From positions 96,001-160,000 of the IMG/VR virus record IMGVR_UViG_3300026097_001223: a DNA stretch of 64,000 nucleotides; one strand, 5' to 3'. The DNA is from a virus. The translations under genes and the position numbers were made by a program. Below the pieces are notes generated by a model. The model was not told the origin of the DNA. It did not search any database and saw nothing but the letters and a program-made list of their open reading frames with translations. Below are positions 52,268 to 62,251 of this stretch, one piece after another (positions within the stretch are counted from its first letter, which is position 1; each line of letters begins with the position of its first letter).

Positions 52268-54205
52268 ATGAGTCGTGAAATTATTAACGTTGGCAACACA
52301 GCCAACGATGGTGCTGGTGATCCGCTACGCACTGCAATGATCAAAACCAACAACAACTTTAGTGAAATCTATGACACTGGGTTGATCACCAGTAATCTTT
52401 CAATTTCTAACACCACTGTTACTGTAACAAGTGCCAATGCTAATCTGGTACTAAGTGCCAATGGCACCGGTGTGTTACAAAGTACATCAAACATCCTGCC
52501 CAGTGGCAATATTATACTGGACATTGGATCTAATTCTAACAGATTTGCTGCAGTGTATGCTAACAGTATTGATATCAGCGGCACTGCTGATGTTGTAGGT
52601 AATCTAAGTGCAGGCAATTTAGAAACTCCAGGTAATCTAACCGCAGGTGCAATAACTGTTTCTGGTAACGTGTCATTTGCTAACACCTCAGTGCAAAACA
52701 TTACTGTTACAGAAACCACTACAACAAATAATATCAGCGTTACAAACACTGTGACAGCAGACACTGTTACAGCATCGGGCAACATCACAGCAGAAAATAT
52801 CAGTGCTAATGTATTCCTTGAAGCAGCCACAGTGGATGCAACAGGCAACATCGAAGGCGCTAATTTCGTAACCAGTGGTAATGTAGAAGTTACTGGAAAT
52901 GTCAACACGAATAATTTAATTGCAACCAATGATGTCGAAGTAGGCGGCAATTTGCTATTGTCAGGCCTGTCGGGCTTTACAGTATTTGGCGACATCAGCA
53001 GTGGTACCGGTAATATACAAGCAGATACAGGTAACATCATTGGTAACATAGACAGTGTTACAGCAACAATTGCAACTATAAATGCAAACACTGTAACTGC
53101 TGCCGATAGCATTCAAAGCGATGGCTCATTGGAAGCAGTTGGTAATCTAACCATCGGCGACGCCAGTACCATAACAGAAAACACAATCTATGGTAATCTC
53201 ACAGTCACAGATATATTAACAGTAGATGGTCAAATAATTGGCAATGTTACCATAAGTGGCAACGCAGATTTAGACATTGTTACAGCAAACAGTTTTCAAG
53301 GACCGTTGTCCGGCAATGTAAACGGCAATCTCACAGGCACTGCTAGTCAAGCCTTTGGTGTCTATGTACTAGAAACATCTGATCCAAATGCAACTTACAA
53401 CATCCCGTTTATGGCATTAACTGGCGCTGGCAACATATTTACAGGACTACAAGTAGACAATGGTGGTCTTACATTTAATCCTGACACAAACACACTAAGT
53501 ATTGCCACCGGTACTAACGGTATTGTTAACACCGTAACAGTGGTTGCCAGCGGAAACATAAGTGCAGGGAATACCAGTACTTCGGGCACTGCGTCAGTAA
53601 CAGGTAATATCACCGGCGGAAACATCAACACAGGCGGAACTGTTAATGCAACAGGTCAAGTCACAGCCGGTAATGTACAGGCTACTAACACAGTGTTTGC
53701 TGCGGCAGCTACAATCACAGGCAATATAAGTGGTGGCAATATTTCAACTGCCGGCACAGTAGGTGCAGCTGGAAACATTTCCGGCGGTAATATCTTTACA
53801 GGTGGAATTGTTACAGCCACTGGCAACATATCTGGCGGCAATCTAGTAACTGCTGGCGATATTGTAACAAGTAGTGGTAATGTAGATGTCACCGGCAATG
53901 TAAATGCAGGCAATGTAGATGTCACTGGCAACGTAGATGTTGGTGGCGATTTAAATTTTGGACTCGGTGCATCCTTAAATCTACCACTGGGCAACATAAC
54001 AGGTGGCAATTTAATAGCAGTTAACAGATCAACTGCTAACACCGTACAGGTACAAGGTTCCGCACCTGCAAGCAGTGTAGGTGCTGCAGGCGATCAACAA
54101 GGTGACATAGCTGTGGATACCAATTATATCTATGTGTGCACTGCAAATTATGATGGTATTGCCAACATTTGGAAACGTTCTGCCCTAGACGGAACTCCGT
54201 TCTAA
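52268..54205 (+). CDS. Long tail-fibre-like virion protein
   Basis: N-terminal INVGNTANDGAGDPLR.A..K.N.NF.E.Y (T4 gp9/10-like anchor); GN(I/V)(T/S)(G/A)GN repeats; C-terminal GD..GDIAVD.NYIYVC; TAAATA at 52244. Confidence 0.75.
   Translation: MSREIINVGNTANDGAGDPLRTAMIKTNNNFSEIYDTGLITSNLSISNTTVTVTSANANLVLSANGTGVLQSTSNILPSGNIILDIGSNSNRFAAVYANSIDISGTADVVGNLSAGNLETPGNLTAGAITVSGNVSFANTSVQNITVTETTTTNNISVTNTVTADTVTASGNITAENISANVFLEAATVDATGNIEGANFVTSGNVEVTGNVNTNNLIATNDVEVGGNLLLSGLSGFTVFGDISSGTGNIQADTGNIIGNIDSVTATIATINANTVTAADSIQSDGSLEAVGNLTIGDASTITENTIYGNLTVTDILTVDGQIIGNVTISGNADLDIVTANSFQGPLSGNVNGNLTGTASQAFGVYVLETSDPNATYNIPFMALTGAGNIFTGLQVDNGGLTFNPDTNTLSIATGTNGIVNTVTVVASGNISAGNTSTSGTASVTGNITGGNINTGGTVNATGQVTAGNVQATNTVFAAAATITGNISGGNISTAGTVGAAGNISGGNIFTGGIVTATGNISGGNLVTAGDIVTSSGNVDVTGNVNAGNVDVTGNVDVGGDLNFGLGASLNLPLGNITGGNLIAVNRSTANTVQVQGSAPASSVGAAGDQQGDIAVDTNYIYVCTANYDGIANIWKRSALDGTPF
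53560..54015 (+). repeat. Coding repeats of GNI(S/T)GGN(I/L/V) units in the fibre shaft
   Basis: Repeated TGNITGGNI, TGNISGGNI, AGNISGGNI, TGNVNAGNV. Confidence 0.7.
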
Positions 54206-54247
54206 CACTCAGTCTTGCCATAAATATCTATAACAAAGAGGTCATTT

Positions 54248-54508
54248 ATGGCAAGGCAAATCATCAACATCGGAACATCAGCAAACGACGGAACAGGCGA
54301 TCCGTTGAGAACCTGTTTCGATAAAACCAACGACAACTTTCAAGAACTATACATTCGCTATCAGCCAACTGTGCCTGATACTAGCAAAGGCAACACAGGT
54401 GATGTAGCGGGCATGTATGCGGCTGATGCAACACATTTTTACTATTGCACTGACAACTACGACGGTGTTACTGATATCTGGTACAGAGTAGCAGGAAGCA
54501 CATTTTAA
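54248..54508 (+). CDS. 86-aa mini-fibre (anchor plus tip motif only)
   Basis: Shares both terminal motifs with 52268-54205; TAAATA at 54221. Confidence 0.7.
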   Translation: MARQIINIGTSANDGTGDPLRTCFDKTNDNFQELYIRYQPTVPDTSKGNTGDVAGMYAADATHFYYCTDNYDGVTDIWYRVAGSTF

Positions 54509-57500
54509 TGTCATCATATGACTATGAAAATCCGCCCGAAGGACAGCCAGTCTGGATCACAGAATCTGGAAGCCTTGGCAAAATTCAAGAAGGTATCTTT
54601 TATCAATTGCCTTTGCTGGCGTTTCTGCCCAGCGACCCTGACAACAAAGATGTTCTCTATTATGAAATGATTGCAGGTGAACTGCCGGAAGGTATTCAAT
54701 GTAGGCTCAATGGATTGATTGAAGGCACGCCCAAGGCAGTGAGTAGTTTACAGGGTGTCGCTGCAGATGTCGACGAAGACACTGTGAGCGAATTTTGTGT
54801 GCGAGTGTATACCGAAAGGCTGTTGCCCGATGGCACAGAGGTTCCTTATAGAGTTGCTGATAGAACATTCAGTCTCACAGTTACTGGACAGGATCAACCG
54901 GAGTGGATAACTCCTCCTGGGCAGATAGCACAAACACTAGACGGCGAACTGTTTGAGTTCCAAATGGAATACCAAGATCGAGATCCAGGCGATACTCCAA
55001 CAGTAACATTCGAAGGCGGTGACCTGCCGCCGCAGTTGTCTGTGAGTGAAACAGGATTAATATCTGGATTTCTTGAACCAGTTACCAGCCTCAACGAAGG
55101 TGCAGTAGCAGGCTATGACGGCAACGACGGCAAAGACGCATACCCGTTTGACTTTACCACAAGAAGCATAAGCAAAAACTACGAATTTACCTTGGGCATC
55201 AGCGACGGCAAGGACACTATACTGCGGGATTTCAGCATTTTTGTTTACAGCACAGACAGCTTAGCCGGCGACAACAACGAAATCACGGGCGACAACAGTT
55301 TTATCCGCGGTGACACAAGCACAGTGAGAACTCCGCTGTTGCTGAACACTGAAACTGATCTTGGCACTTATCGACACGACAATTTCTTTGCTTTTAAATT
55401 TAACGGCATTGATCTAGACGGCGATGCTATAGAATATGTGCTCAGTTTAGGAAGTGGTGTAGGCTATGATGCCACGCCATTTACCGGAGTCAGAGTTGAT
55501 CTAGAATGCACAGGCACTGCAGGTAACGATACTTTAGAAATAACCAGTCTAGTAGACAGCAGTTTGCCAGACAGTGTGGATGAATTGCGTATTGGAATGA
55601 CTCCTAGGGTATTGGGTGTTCCAGCAGATGCTAGAATTATAAGTGTATCCGGAGATACAATTACACTGGATAAAAATCTCAATCTTGATGTAGATGGATT
55701 TGTTGTATTCCTTTACAGCCCAGGCGCCGGAGTAGACATCGAAGGCGGATTTGACCGAGATGGCAGCCAATTCGACCGATCAGGTCTGAGTTTACCACCT
55801 GGTCTCAGTATAAACAGTGACACTGGCTGGCTGACTGGCTATCTGCCAGATCAAAGCATCACAGAAATTACCTATAGATTTGCAGTGCAGGTAAGAAAAC
55901 GTGACAACCCAGTTATCAGCAGTGAATACTATTTCTTTACAATGACTGTTATTGGCGATATTGAAACTGAAGTCACATGGCTAAGCCCGGAATTTTTAGG
56001 CAACATTGTAGCCGGCACACAGAGTCAATTCAAGATAGAAGCAGAAACACGCAGTGGCGTAGATCTCAGCTACAGACTAAAAAGCGGCGAATATCCGCTA
56101 GGAGCAGGGCAATACAATCGCCTGCCACAAGGCCTGAGATTACTCACCAGCGGCGAAATTGTAGGAACTACCACATTTAACACTTTCAGTTTAGATAGAG
56201 GCACAACCACATTTGACAGAGAACTGGAAACTCGCAGGGAAATTGACGAAACCACGTTTGACTTGAATTTTGAGTTCACAGTGAATGCTTTCAACAACAG
56301 CAGTATTACAGAGTTTAGAAGTTTAACTGCTATCAATGTGTCAACTGTTGGCGAAAACTATTTAACACCGCCTACCGTGAGTTTTACACCAGAGCCACAG
56401 GGCAGTAATGCTATCCCTGCAACAGCTGGTGCTGTAACACTCAGTGATGGTGTTGTTGTGGATATTTCTGTTGATTCACCTGGCACAGGATACGAATCCG
56501 GAACAACTGGTGTAACAATTGTCCGCACTGGAATTGAATCCGAAACCACAGTGGATGCAGATGCTGTTGCAGTAGTAAACGAAAGCGGAGGTGTAGCAAA
56601 TATTATAATAACACAGCCCGGTGCAAACTACGGAAACGTGCCGGGTGTAATTATCACCGGGACAGGAACAGGCGCAACAGCTACAGCAACTCTAGGCAAC
56701 GGTGCTGTCACTGCTATTCAACTTGGTAATCCAGGTGCAGGTTACACACAAAATCCAAATGTAGTAATAAACAACTTTACAGCAAATACATTAGCAACGG
56801 GCAACATAGGCGATGACTTTGTTAATTTAGTTAACCCCGACGGCACTGCTGCTACAATTGCAGGACTGGTCTCGGGCTTATCTGTCACTGGTAACGGAAT
56901 TGCGTCGGGCAGTAATGTAGACACGATTTCAGGAAGCACCGTAACGCTGACTGCTAACTTAACAGCCAATGTGGACAACGTGATATCATTTACCGACAAC
57001 AGTGGCGCTGGTGCAACAGCTACAGCAAACAGCTTTGTTAGCGAAACCACCGGCGGTATCAGTGTATTCAAGACTTTTAACATACAGGTAATTAGAGAGT
57101 ACACTGAACCTTACGAGAGTTTGTATATCAAAGCATTGCCCCCAAAAGAAGACAGACAAGCAATATATGAGTTTTTATCAGACAGTTCTATTTTTCAACC
57201 AGAGTTCATCTATCGCAAGGACGACCCAAATTACGGAGTGGCAACAGATGTTGTTTATGATCATGCATACGGACTCAAGGCTGGCGCTATAAGTTCTTAT
57301 GTACAAGCCATGGATTTTAATCACTATGAACGTGACATTACACTTGGCCCGCTGAAAACCGCTCAAGCTGTTGACGAAAATGATAACGTGGTATACGAAG
57401 TTGTATACAGCGAGGTTGTAGATAATCTCGTAAACTCAGAAAATCAAAGCGTCAGTAAAAGCGTCGTACTACAACAGCCTGTAGAAGTCGATGGTACAGA

Positions 57501-58038
57501 CATAACCACAGTGTATCCTAACAGTTTGTTTAACATGAGAGAACAGATAATCGATCAGATTGGCCGAGTGACCCCTGCACTGCCTCAGTGGATGACCAGC
57601 AAACAGGCAGACGGACGAATACTGGGATTTACAAGAGCATGGGTAATAGCGTATACTGTATCGGGTAAAAGTGGCAGAGTAAAATATGACATTGAGCAAG
57701 CATATCCAGAAGGGTTTAACTTTGTTGACTTTGAAATTGATCGATATGATATTAACAAACGATTAACCAATAATTGGAATCCCACAGTTGACATTCCTGG
57801 CGATACTGTAGACAGTACAGAACCCACTGTAGATAGTATACGAATAACCACAGACCTGGCGCCTCGAACAGGTAATTGGCAACCCAGCACCGGTATGACT
57901 ACATTCGACAGAAACAGTGGCGACGAAACAGTGTTTGACAGTGGAGCAATGAGATTTGTATCGCCTGTGGATCAATACAATGCCAGCGATGAATTCGACA
58001 AGTACGTGATTTATCCTAAGGTTACTATTTTACAATAG
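54508..58038 (+). CDS. Large baseplate or tail structural protein with Ig-like repeats
   Basis: P.WIT..GSLG, G.LP.G..L...G.I.G repeats, TTFD motifs, central (S/N)PG(A/T)GY repeats. Confidence 0.65.
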   Translation: MSSYDYENPPEGQPVWITESGSLGKIQEGIFYQLPLLAFLPSDPDNKDVLYYEMIAGELPEGIQCRLNGLIEGTPKAVSSLQGVAADVDEDTVSEFCVRVYTERLLPDGTEVPYRVADRTFSLTVTGQDQPEWITPPGQIAQTLDGELFEFQMEYQDRDPGDTPTVTFEGGDLPPQLSVSETGLISGFLEPVTSLNEGAVAGYDGNDGKDAYPFDFTTRSISKNYEFTLGISDGKDTILRDFSIFVYSTDSLAGDNNEITGDNSFIRGDTSTVRTPLLLNTETDLGTYRHDNFFAFKFNGIDLDGDAIEYVLSLGSGVGYDATPFTGVRVDLECTGTAGNDTLEITSLVDSSLPDSVDELRIGMTPRVLGVPADARIISVSGDTITLDKNLNLDVDGFVVFLYSPGAGVDIEGGFDRDGSQFDRSGLSLPPGLSINSDTGWLTGYLPDQSITEITYRFAVQVRKRDNPVISSEYYFFTMTVIGDIETEVTWLSPEFLGNIVAGTQSQFKIEAETRSGVDLSYRLKSGEYPLGAGQYNRLPQGLRLLTSGEIVGTTTFNTFSLDRGTTTFDRELETRREIDETTFDLNFEFTVNAFNNSSITEFRSLTAINVSTVGENYLTPPTVSFTPEPQGSNAIPATAGAVTLSDGVVVDISVDSPGTGYESGTTGVTIVRTGIESETTVDADAVAVVNESGGVANIIITQPGANYGNVPGVIITGTGTGATATATLGNGAVTAIQLGNPGAGYTQNPNVVINNFTANTLATGNIGDDFVNLVNPDGTAATIAGLVSGLSVTGNGIASGSNVDTISGSTVTLTANLTANVDNVISFTDNSGAGATATANSFVSETTGGISVFKTFNIQVIREYTEPYESLYIKALPPKEDRQAIYEFLSDSSIFQPEFIYRKDDPNYGVATDVVYDHAYGLKAGAISSYVQAMDFNHYERDITLGPLKTAQAVDENDNVVYEVVYSEVVDNLVNSENQSVSKSVVLQQPVEVDGTDITTVYPNSLFNMREQIIDQIGRVTPALPQWMTSKQADGRILGFTRAWVIAYTVSGKSGRVKYDIEQAYPEGFNFVDFEIDRYDINKRLTNNWNPTVDIPGDTVDSTEPTVDSIRITTDLAPRTGNWQPSTGMTTFDRNSGDETVFDSGAMRFVSPVDQYNASDEFDKYVIYPKVTILQ

Positions 58039-58088
58039 TGAAAAAAGCAGATAAATAAATCTATACAGATTAGAAAGGATGACAATTT

Positions 58089-59138
58089 ATGACTAGTTCA
58101 ATTGTACCGGCTGATATCGATGGCACTTATCCGATTGCCGGACAAGACAACGATTCACAAGGGTTCAGAGACAACTTTACCAATATCAAAAACAACTTCG
58201 AGCGAGCAGCTGACGAACTCACTGATCTGCAGGCCAAAGTTGTACTGAAAAGTGCTCTCACCGGTACCAGCAGTGTAAACAACAACATGGGCGGCGTGGT
58301 TATTTCCAGTGCCAAACTACAGGATACACGACTAACACACGTGGATCTAGGCACTGTTAGCGGCACTGTAAACGTTAACTACGGACTAGGACATTACCAA
58401 AGTGCTACACTAGGTGCTAGCACCACAATTGATTTTGGAAGTACATTCCCAGGAAGCACATTGAACAGTGCAGGGTTTATTATTCTGCAAATTAAAATCA
58501 CAGACACTGCATACACATTGACATTTGCTAGTCCAGTTGGCAATGGCGATGCTGCCAAGAGCTTAAGCAGTTTGCAAGGTGTATCGGGGCAAACTATTAC
58601 GTTTGCGGAAACAGGCACATATGAATTTGAATTTTATACCACTGACGGCGGCGACACTGTGTTTGTCAATGAACTCACTCGCCCAAGAGGTGTGTTTCAA
58701 GACACTGCCACATTTGCCGGCGGTGTAGATGTTACAGCGAATACCGCTGCAACCAGTACCAGCACTGGCAGTATAGTCACAGCCGGCGGTGCCGGTATTG
58801 CAGGCAGTATAGCAGTAGGTGGATTGTATCTTGATAAAAACACCAAGGGCGATGTTACCGGTGATGAAAGTCTCAGTTTAAGTACCAGTGTAGATGTGTT
58901 TACTACCAGTGCTAATACAGCAGTAACACTGGGCACTGGTGTCGAGGGACAGTACAAAACATTGATTGCCAACGATGTATCAAGTGGTAACGTAACATGC
59001 ACACTGGATACAGTAGGCGAAAGCGGTTGGGGCGGCAGTGGCGAAATCCTGTTCAGCAACAACGGCGAAGCCTGCACACTGATCTACACCAGCAGCAAAT
59101 GGTTTGCTGTGGGCAATAACGGTGCAACCTTCTCTTAA
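58089..59138 (+). CDS. Tail or fibre-associated structural protein
   Basis: IDGTYPIAGQDNDSQGFRDNFTNIK.NF; beta-rich; TAAATA at 58052. Confidence 0.6.
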   Translation: MTSSIVPADIDGTYPIAGQDNDSQGFRDNFTNIKNNFERAADELTDLQAKVVLKSALTGTSSVNNNMGGVVISSAKLQDTRLTHVDLGTVSGTVNVNYGLGHYQSATLGASTTIDFGSTFPGSTLNSAGFIILQIKITDTAYTLTFASPVGNGDAAKSLSSLQGVSGQTITFAETGTYEFEFYTTDGGDTVFVNELTRPRGVFQDTATFAGGVDVTANTAATSTSTGSIVTAGGAGIAGSIAVGGLYLDKNTKGDVTGDESLSLSTSVDVFTTSANTAVTLGTGVEGQYKTLIANDVSSGNVTCTLDTVGESGWGGSGEILFSNNGEACTLIYTSSKWFAVGNNGATFS

Positions 59139-59140
59139 GG

Positions 59141-59172
59141 TTGCATTGTTGCTTTCTTTCTGTTAGTATACT
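59141..59172 (+). promoter_or_regulatory. Sigma70-type promoter
   Basis: TTGCAT-17-TAGTAT with an overlapping TATACT. Confidence 0.5.
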
Positions 59173-59175
59173 TGT

Positions 59176-59403
59176 ATGCAACATCCACTAATTGGCAACT
59201 TAGATGATCTTTCACTGGATCAACTTCATGAAAAAATCGCCGAGCTTAATAGCAAAATGACCTTTGCTATTAGTTCGGGCAATGAACACTTGATTAATCA
59301 AATCTACATGGCACTAGAAAGCTATCAAACTGAATACAAAAAACGCACACAAGCAAGTCAAAAACCTGATCAAGACTTTTCGGACAAAATCGACATTTCA
59401 TGA
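59176..59403 (+). CDS. Small helical protein
   Basis: MQHPLIGNLDDLSLDQLHEKIAEL; coupled to the next gene. Confidence 0.65.
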   Translation: MQHPLIGNLDDLSLDQLHEKIAELNSKMTFAISSGNEHLINQIYMALESYQTEYKKRTQASQKPDQDFSDKIDIS

Positions 59404-59906
59404 TACGAGATAATGTAGGGCAACTGATTGCCACTGATCAAGATCTGATCAATGCAATAATGAGCGACAATCTAGAACTGTTTCAGCGCACTGTGTTAGT
59501 GGATTCATCTGTGGATATCAACAGTATTGCTTTGCAGTTAGAAGACTGTAACTTACAAACTGCCGGCAGTTATAACACAGTCGACGAGTTTGATGAAAAA
59601 AATCAAGCAAATTGGCACATGCCCGATGAATACAAAAATATGGATATTGCAGAACACGTGCTTGGATTATGCAACGGCGAAGCTGAACTGCAACGTGCCG
59701 GGCATGAACTATTGCTGTATCAAGAACGTGATTTGTTTGATCTGCTGTGTTATTGCGTTTATCTAGTTGATACCATGAAAGATAACAATATCATTTGGGG
59801 CGTAGGCCGCGGCAGTAGTGTAAGCAGTTTTGTGTTATATCTAATTGGTATACACCAGGTAAACAGCTTGTACTATGAATTACCAGTGGAAGAATTTCTA
59901 CGTTAA
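59400..59906 (+). CDS. Stand-alone fragment of DNA polymerase III alpha subunit (split DnaE)
   Basis: RAGHELLLY...YLVD.M..NNI.WGVGRGSSVSSFVLYLIGIHQVNSL.YELPVEEFLR matches the DnaE GRGS region; ends before PDID. Confidence 0.8.
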   Translation: MIRDNVGQLIATDQDLINAIMSDNLELFQRTVLVDSSVDINSIALQLEDCNLQTAGSYNTVDEFDEKNQANWHMPDEYKNMDIAEHVLGLCNGEAELQRAGHELLLYQERDLFDLLCYCVYLVDTMKDNNIIWGVGRGSSVSSFVLYLIGIHQVNSLYYELPVEEFLR

Positions 59907-59931
59907 ATACCCACGCAGAAGAGGGAATACA

Positions 59932-60453
59932 ATGAATAGACGAATTTATACATCTGCTAGAGGCAAAAAAATTGACCTAGGCGATGTGATGTTAAAGAAT
60001 GAAGATGTCCGTGCTGTTGGCAACATGCCAGTGAATGCTCGCGGTGACATTATCGACAGCAACAATAAAACAGTAGTGCCTCGAAACAAAAATGTAGCAA
60101 AACACTACAGCAAACAAACCAACGTTGTTGATGAGCCTGTGTTTGCAACCAAAGCCGAAGCCAGAGCCGCAAAAGCAAAAACTGTTGATGATACTGAATC
60201 AGCAGACGAGCAAACACCTGTAACCGTAGTAGAACCTACGATACAGGAACAAGTCTCAGAGAAGCCATCTGAAACTGAATCTATTGTGGAACAGGCAGCC
60301 GAGGAAATGATGGAAGAGGTAGAAGAAACTGAATCCACGGACCAGCAAGAAGACAAACCATCTGGGCTAGCGGCAGCAATTGCAAAAAGTCGCAAGGTCA
60401 CACAAACTAAAACCACGCCACCTGGCAAGAAAAAGAAAAACATGAGACTGTAA
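59932..60453 (+). CDS. Hypothetical protein with an acidic C-terminus
   Basis: YTSARGKKID...AVGNM.VNARGD.ID; TAAATA at 59904. Confidence 0.65.
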   Translation: MNRRIYTSARGKKIDLGDVMLKNEDVRAVGNMPVNARGDIIDSNNKTVVPRNKNVAKHYSKQTNVVDEPVFATKAEARAAKAKTVDDTESADEQTPVTVVEPTIQEQVSEKPSETESIVEQAAEEMMEEVEETESTDQQEDKPSGLAAAIAKSRKVTQTKTTPPGKKKKNMRL

Positions 60454-60462
60454 GGAGAATAA

Positions 60463-60906
60463 ATGAAACTGGATGCAGGCGGATCACAAAAGTACCTACG
60501 CCCACTAGAAGGCTTTAAATCAATTCGTGCATTGCATGATGATGTACTGGTTGTTGATATGAATTTTGAAGCAAGACTAAGTGCAGGCGGTATTTTCATA
60601 CTAGGAGACGATGGCACTCAAAGAGGACTACGCCCACGCTGGGGACTGGTGTACACTGTAGGACCTGATCAAACTGATGTAAAAGCAGGGCAATGGATAT
60701 TGGTAGAACACGGTCGCTGGACTCGCGGTTTTGAGTTTATCAACAGCGAAGGTGATACACAAACCTTGAGAAAAGTAGATCCAGAGTGTATACTGTTGGT
60801 CAGTGATGAAGACCCTACCGGTTACATTGATTCTATAAATGCAGATGAAATTGATACCAGCCCTGGTGTTCAACATCGCCCAGAAGATTTCGGTGCTGGA
60901 CAATAA
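60463..60906 (+). CDS. groES: Co-chaperonin GroES-like protein
   Basis: RALHDDVLV...SAGGIFI...RWG.V..VGP...VKAG.WILV; SD AAGGAG. Confidence 0.8.
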   Translation: MKLDAGGSQKYLRPLEGFKSIRALHDDVLVVDMNFEARLSAGGIFILGDDGTQRGLRPRWGLVYTVGPDQTDVKAGQWILVEHGRWTRGFEFINSEGDTQTLRKVDPECILLVSDEDPTGYIDSINADEIDTSPGVQHRPEDFGAGQ

Positions 60907-61045
60907 CAATCAGTCTAGTGCGGATCCTGAGAACACTGTTCCACAGGAGGTATGCGACTATGACTTTAGCGATGCCCCGGAGTGGGCTGTTCCCCGAGAG
61001 TGGTTTATCGAAGGCCGCTACGATCTTGAACAAGACATAATATAA
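60893..61045 (+). CDS. Possible small acidic protein (start uncertain)
   Basis: Fills the gap; in-frame GTG at 60893. Confidence 0.3.
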   Translation: MLDNNNQSSADPENTVPQEVCDYDFSDAPEWAVPREWFIEGRYDLEQDII

Positions 61046-61051
61046 TCCACT

Positions 61052-61219
61052 ATGAAAACAGCCTGGGAATATTGGTGCAAGGCCATTGGCCAGAAAGCCT
61101 ATGATGATAGTAACAAGGCAGATCATGTTGCAATTATCCGAACTGGATGGGTGCTCTTGCATGTTGTAACCTGTTGTGCTATAATAGCAGGAAATGGACG
61201 CACACTAGGATTTTGGTAA
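61052..61219 (+). CDS. 55-aa small membrane protein (not in the ORF track)
   Basis: MKTAWEYWCKAIGQKAYDDSNKADHVAIIRTGWVLLHVVTCCAIIAGNGRTLGFW; TAATG overlap with the next ORF. Confidence 0.6.
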   Translation: MKTAWEYWCKAIGQKAYDDSNKADHVAIIRTGWVLLHVVTCCAIIAGNGRTLGFW

Positions 61220-61341
61220 TGAATATAAATGATTACAACAGAGAAGACGGCTGGTTATTAGTAAGTGTGTACGCATTCGGCTTGATTCTACATAACAAAT
61301 ACACAAAACAAACTGTGAGGGTACCGCAAGAGCATGAATAA
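61219..61341 (+). CDS. Small hypothetical protein
   Basis: Overlaps genes on both sides (TAATG upstream; 8-nt overlap with the clamp-loader start). Confidence 0.45.
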   Translation: MNINDYNREDGWLLVSVYAFGLILHNKYTKQTVRVPQEHE

Positions 61342-62251
61342 TCTTTGGGTTGAAAAATACAGACCAAGTACTGTTGATGGTTATGTGTTTCGCGACGAAG
61401 CACAGCGAACACAGGTTAACAATTGGGTCAAGGAAGGCACTGTTCCGCATTTGCTTTTTTCTGGTGCAGCAGGAGTAGGTAAAACTACACTTGCTAGAAT
61501 ATTAATCAATCAACTTGAAGTCAGTGAATATGATGTGCTAGAGATCAACGCCAGTCGTGAGAACAGTGTTGATACTATTCGTGACAAGATCACTGGCTTT
61601 GTTAGCACATTGCCGTTTGGTGATTTTAAAGTTGTGCTACTAGACGAGGCTGATTATATTTCGCCCAATGGGCAGGCAGCACTGCGCGGTGTAATGGAAA
61701 CCTATCATGCCAGTGCACGATTTATACTAACCTGTAACTATCCGAACAAGATTATCCCTGCATTACACAGTCGCTGTCAAGGATTCCACATTGACAAAAT
61801 TGATCAAGTGGAGTTTACAGCTCGTGCCGCTACTGTGCTAGTAGAAGAAGGTGTAGAGTTTGAATTGGACATTCTCGACAGCTATGTTAAAGCAACCTAT
61901 CCAGATCTGCGTAAATGCTTGAATACACTGCAACAGAACAGTACAGACGGTGCATTGAAAGACCCAGCGGAAGATGTGTCAGCAGCAAATGATTGGAAAC
62001 TGCAGGCTGTTAACTTGTTCAAGAGTGGCGATATCAAACAGGCTAGAACTGTGATGTGTAGCAGTGTACGTCCTGAAGAAATGGATGATGCATATCGTTG
62101 GTTGTATGACAATTTGGATCTGTGGAGTACAGATGAGGAAATCCAAGATCAAGCTATCGTGATTATTCGCAACGGGCTAGTAAATCACAGCCTTGTTGCA
62201 GATCCGGAGATCAATCTCAGTGCTACGCTAATTGAGTTGACCGCTCTCTAA
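61334..62251 (+). CDS. Clamp loader AAA+ subunit (RFC small subunit / T4 gp44-like)
   Basis: LWVEKYRP, GAAGVGKTT, EINAS, LLDEAD, FILTCNY, SRC, PDLR. Confidence 0.93.
   Translation: MNNLWVEKYRPSTVDGYVFRDEAQRTQVNNWVKEGTVPHLLFSGAAGVGKTTLARILINQLEVSEYDVLEINASRENSVDTIRDKITGFVSTLPFGDFKVVLLDEADYISPNGQAALRGVMETYHASARFILTCNYPNKIIPALHSRCQGFHIDKIDQVEFTARAATVLVEEGVEFELDILDSYVKATYPDLRKCLNTLQQNSTDGALKDPAEDVSAANDWKLQAVNLFKSGDIKQARTVMCSSVRPEEMDDAYRWLYDNLDLWSTDEEIQDQAIVIIRNGLVNHSLVADPEINLSATLIELTAL

Noticed and set aside
52369-59077. Long minus-strand ORFs over the fibre and baseplate genes
   Set aside because: Shadow frames of biased Gly/Asn/Thr codons; no SD or promoter support.
59400-59906. Split-intein DnaE as in cyanobacteria
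   Set aside because: No intein N-terminal sequence follows the extein, and the break point differs.
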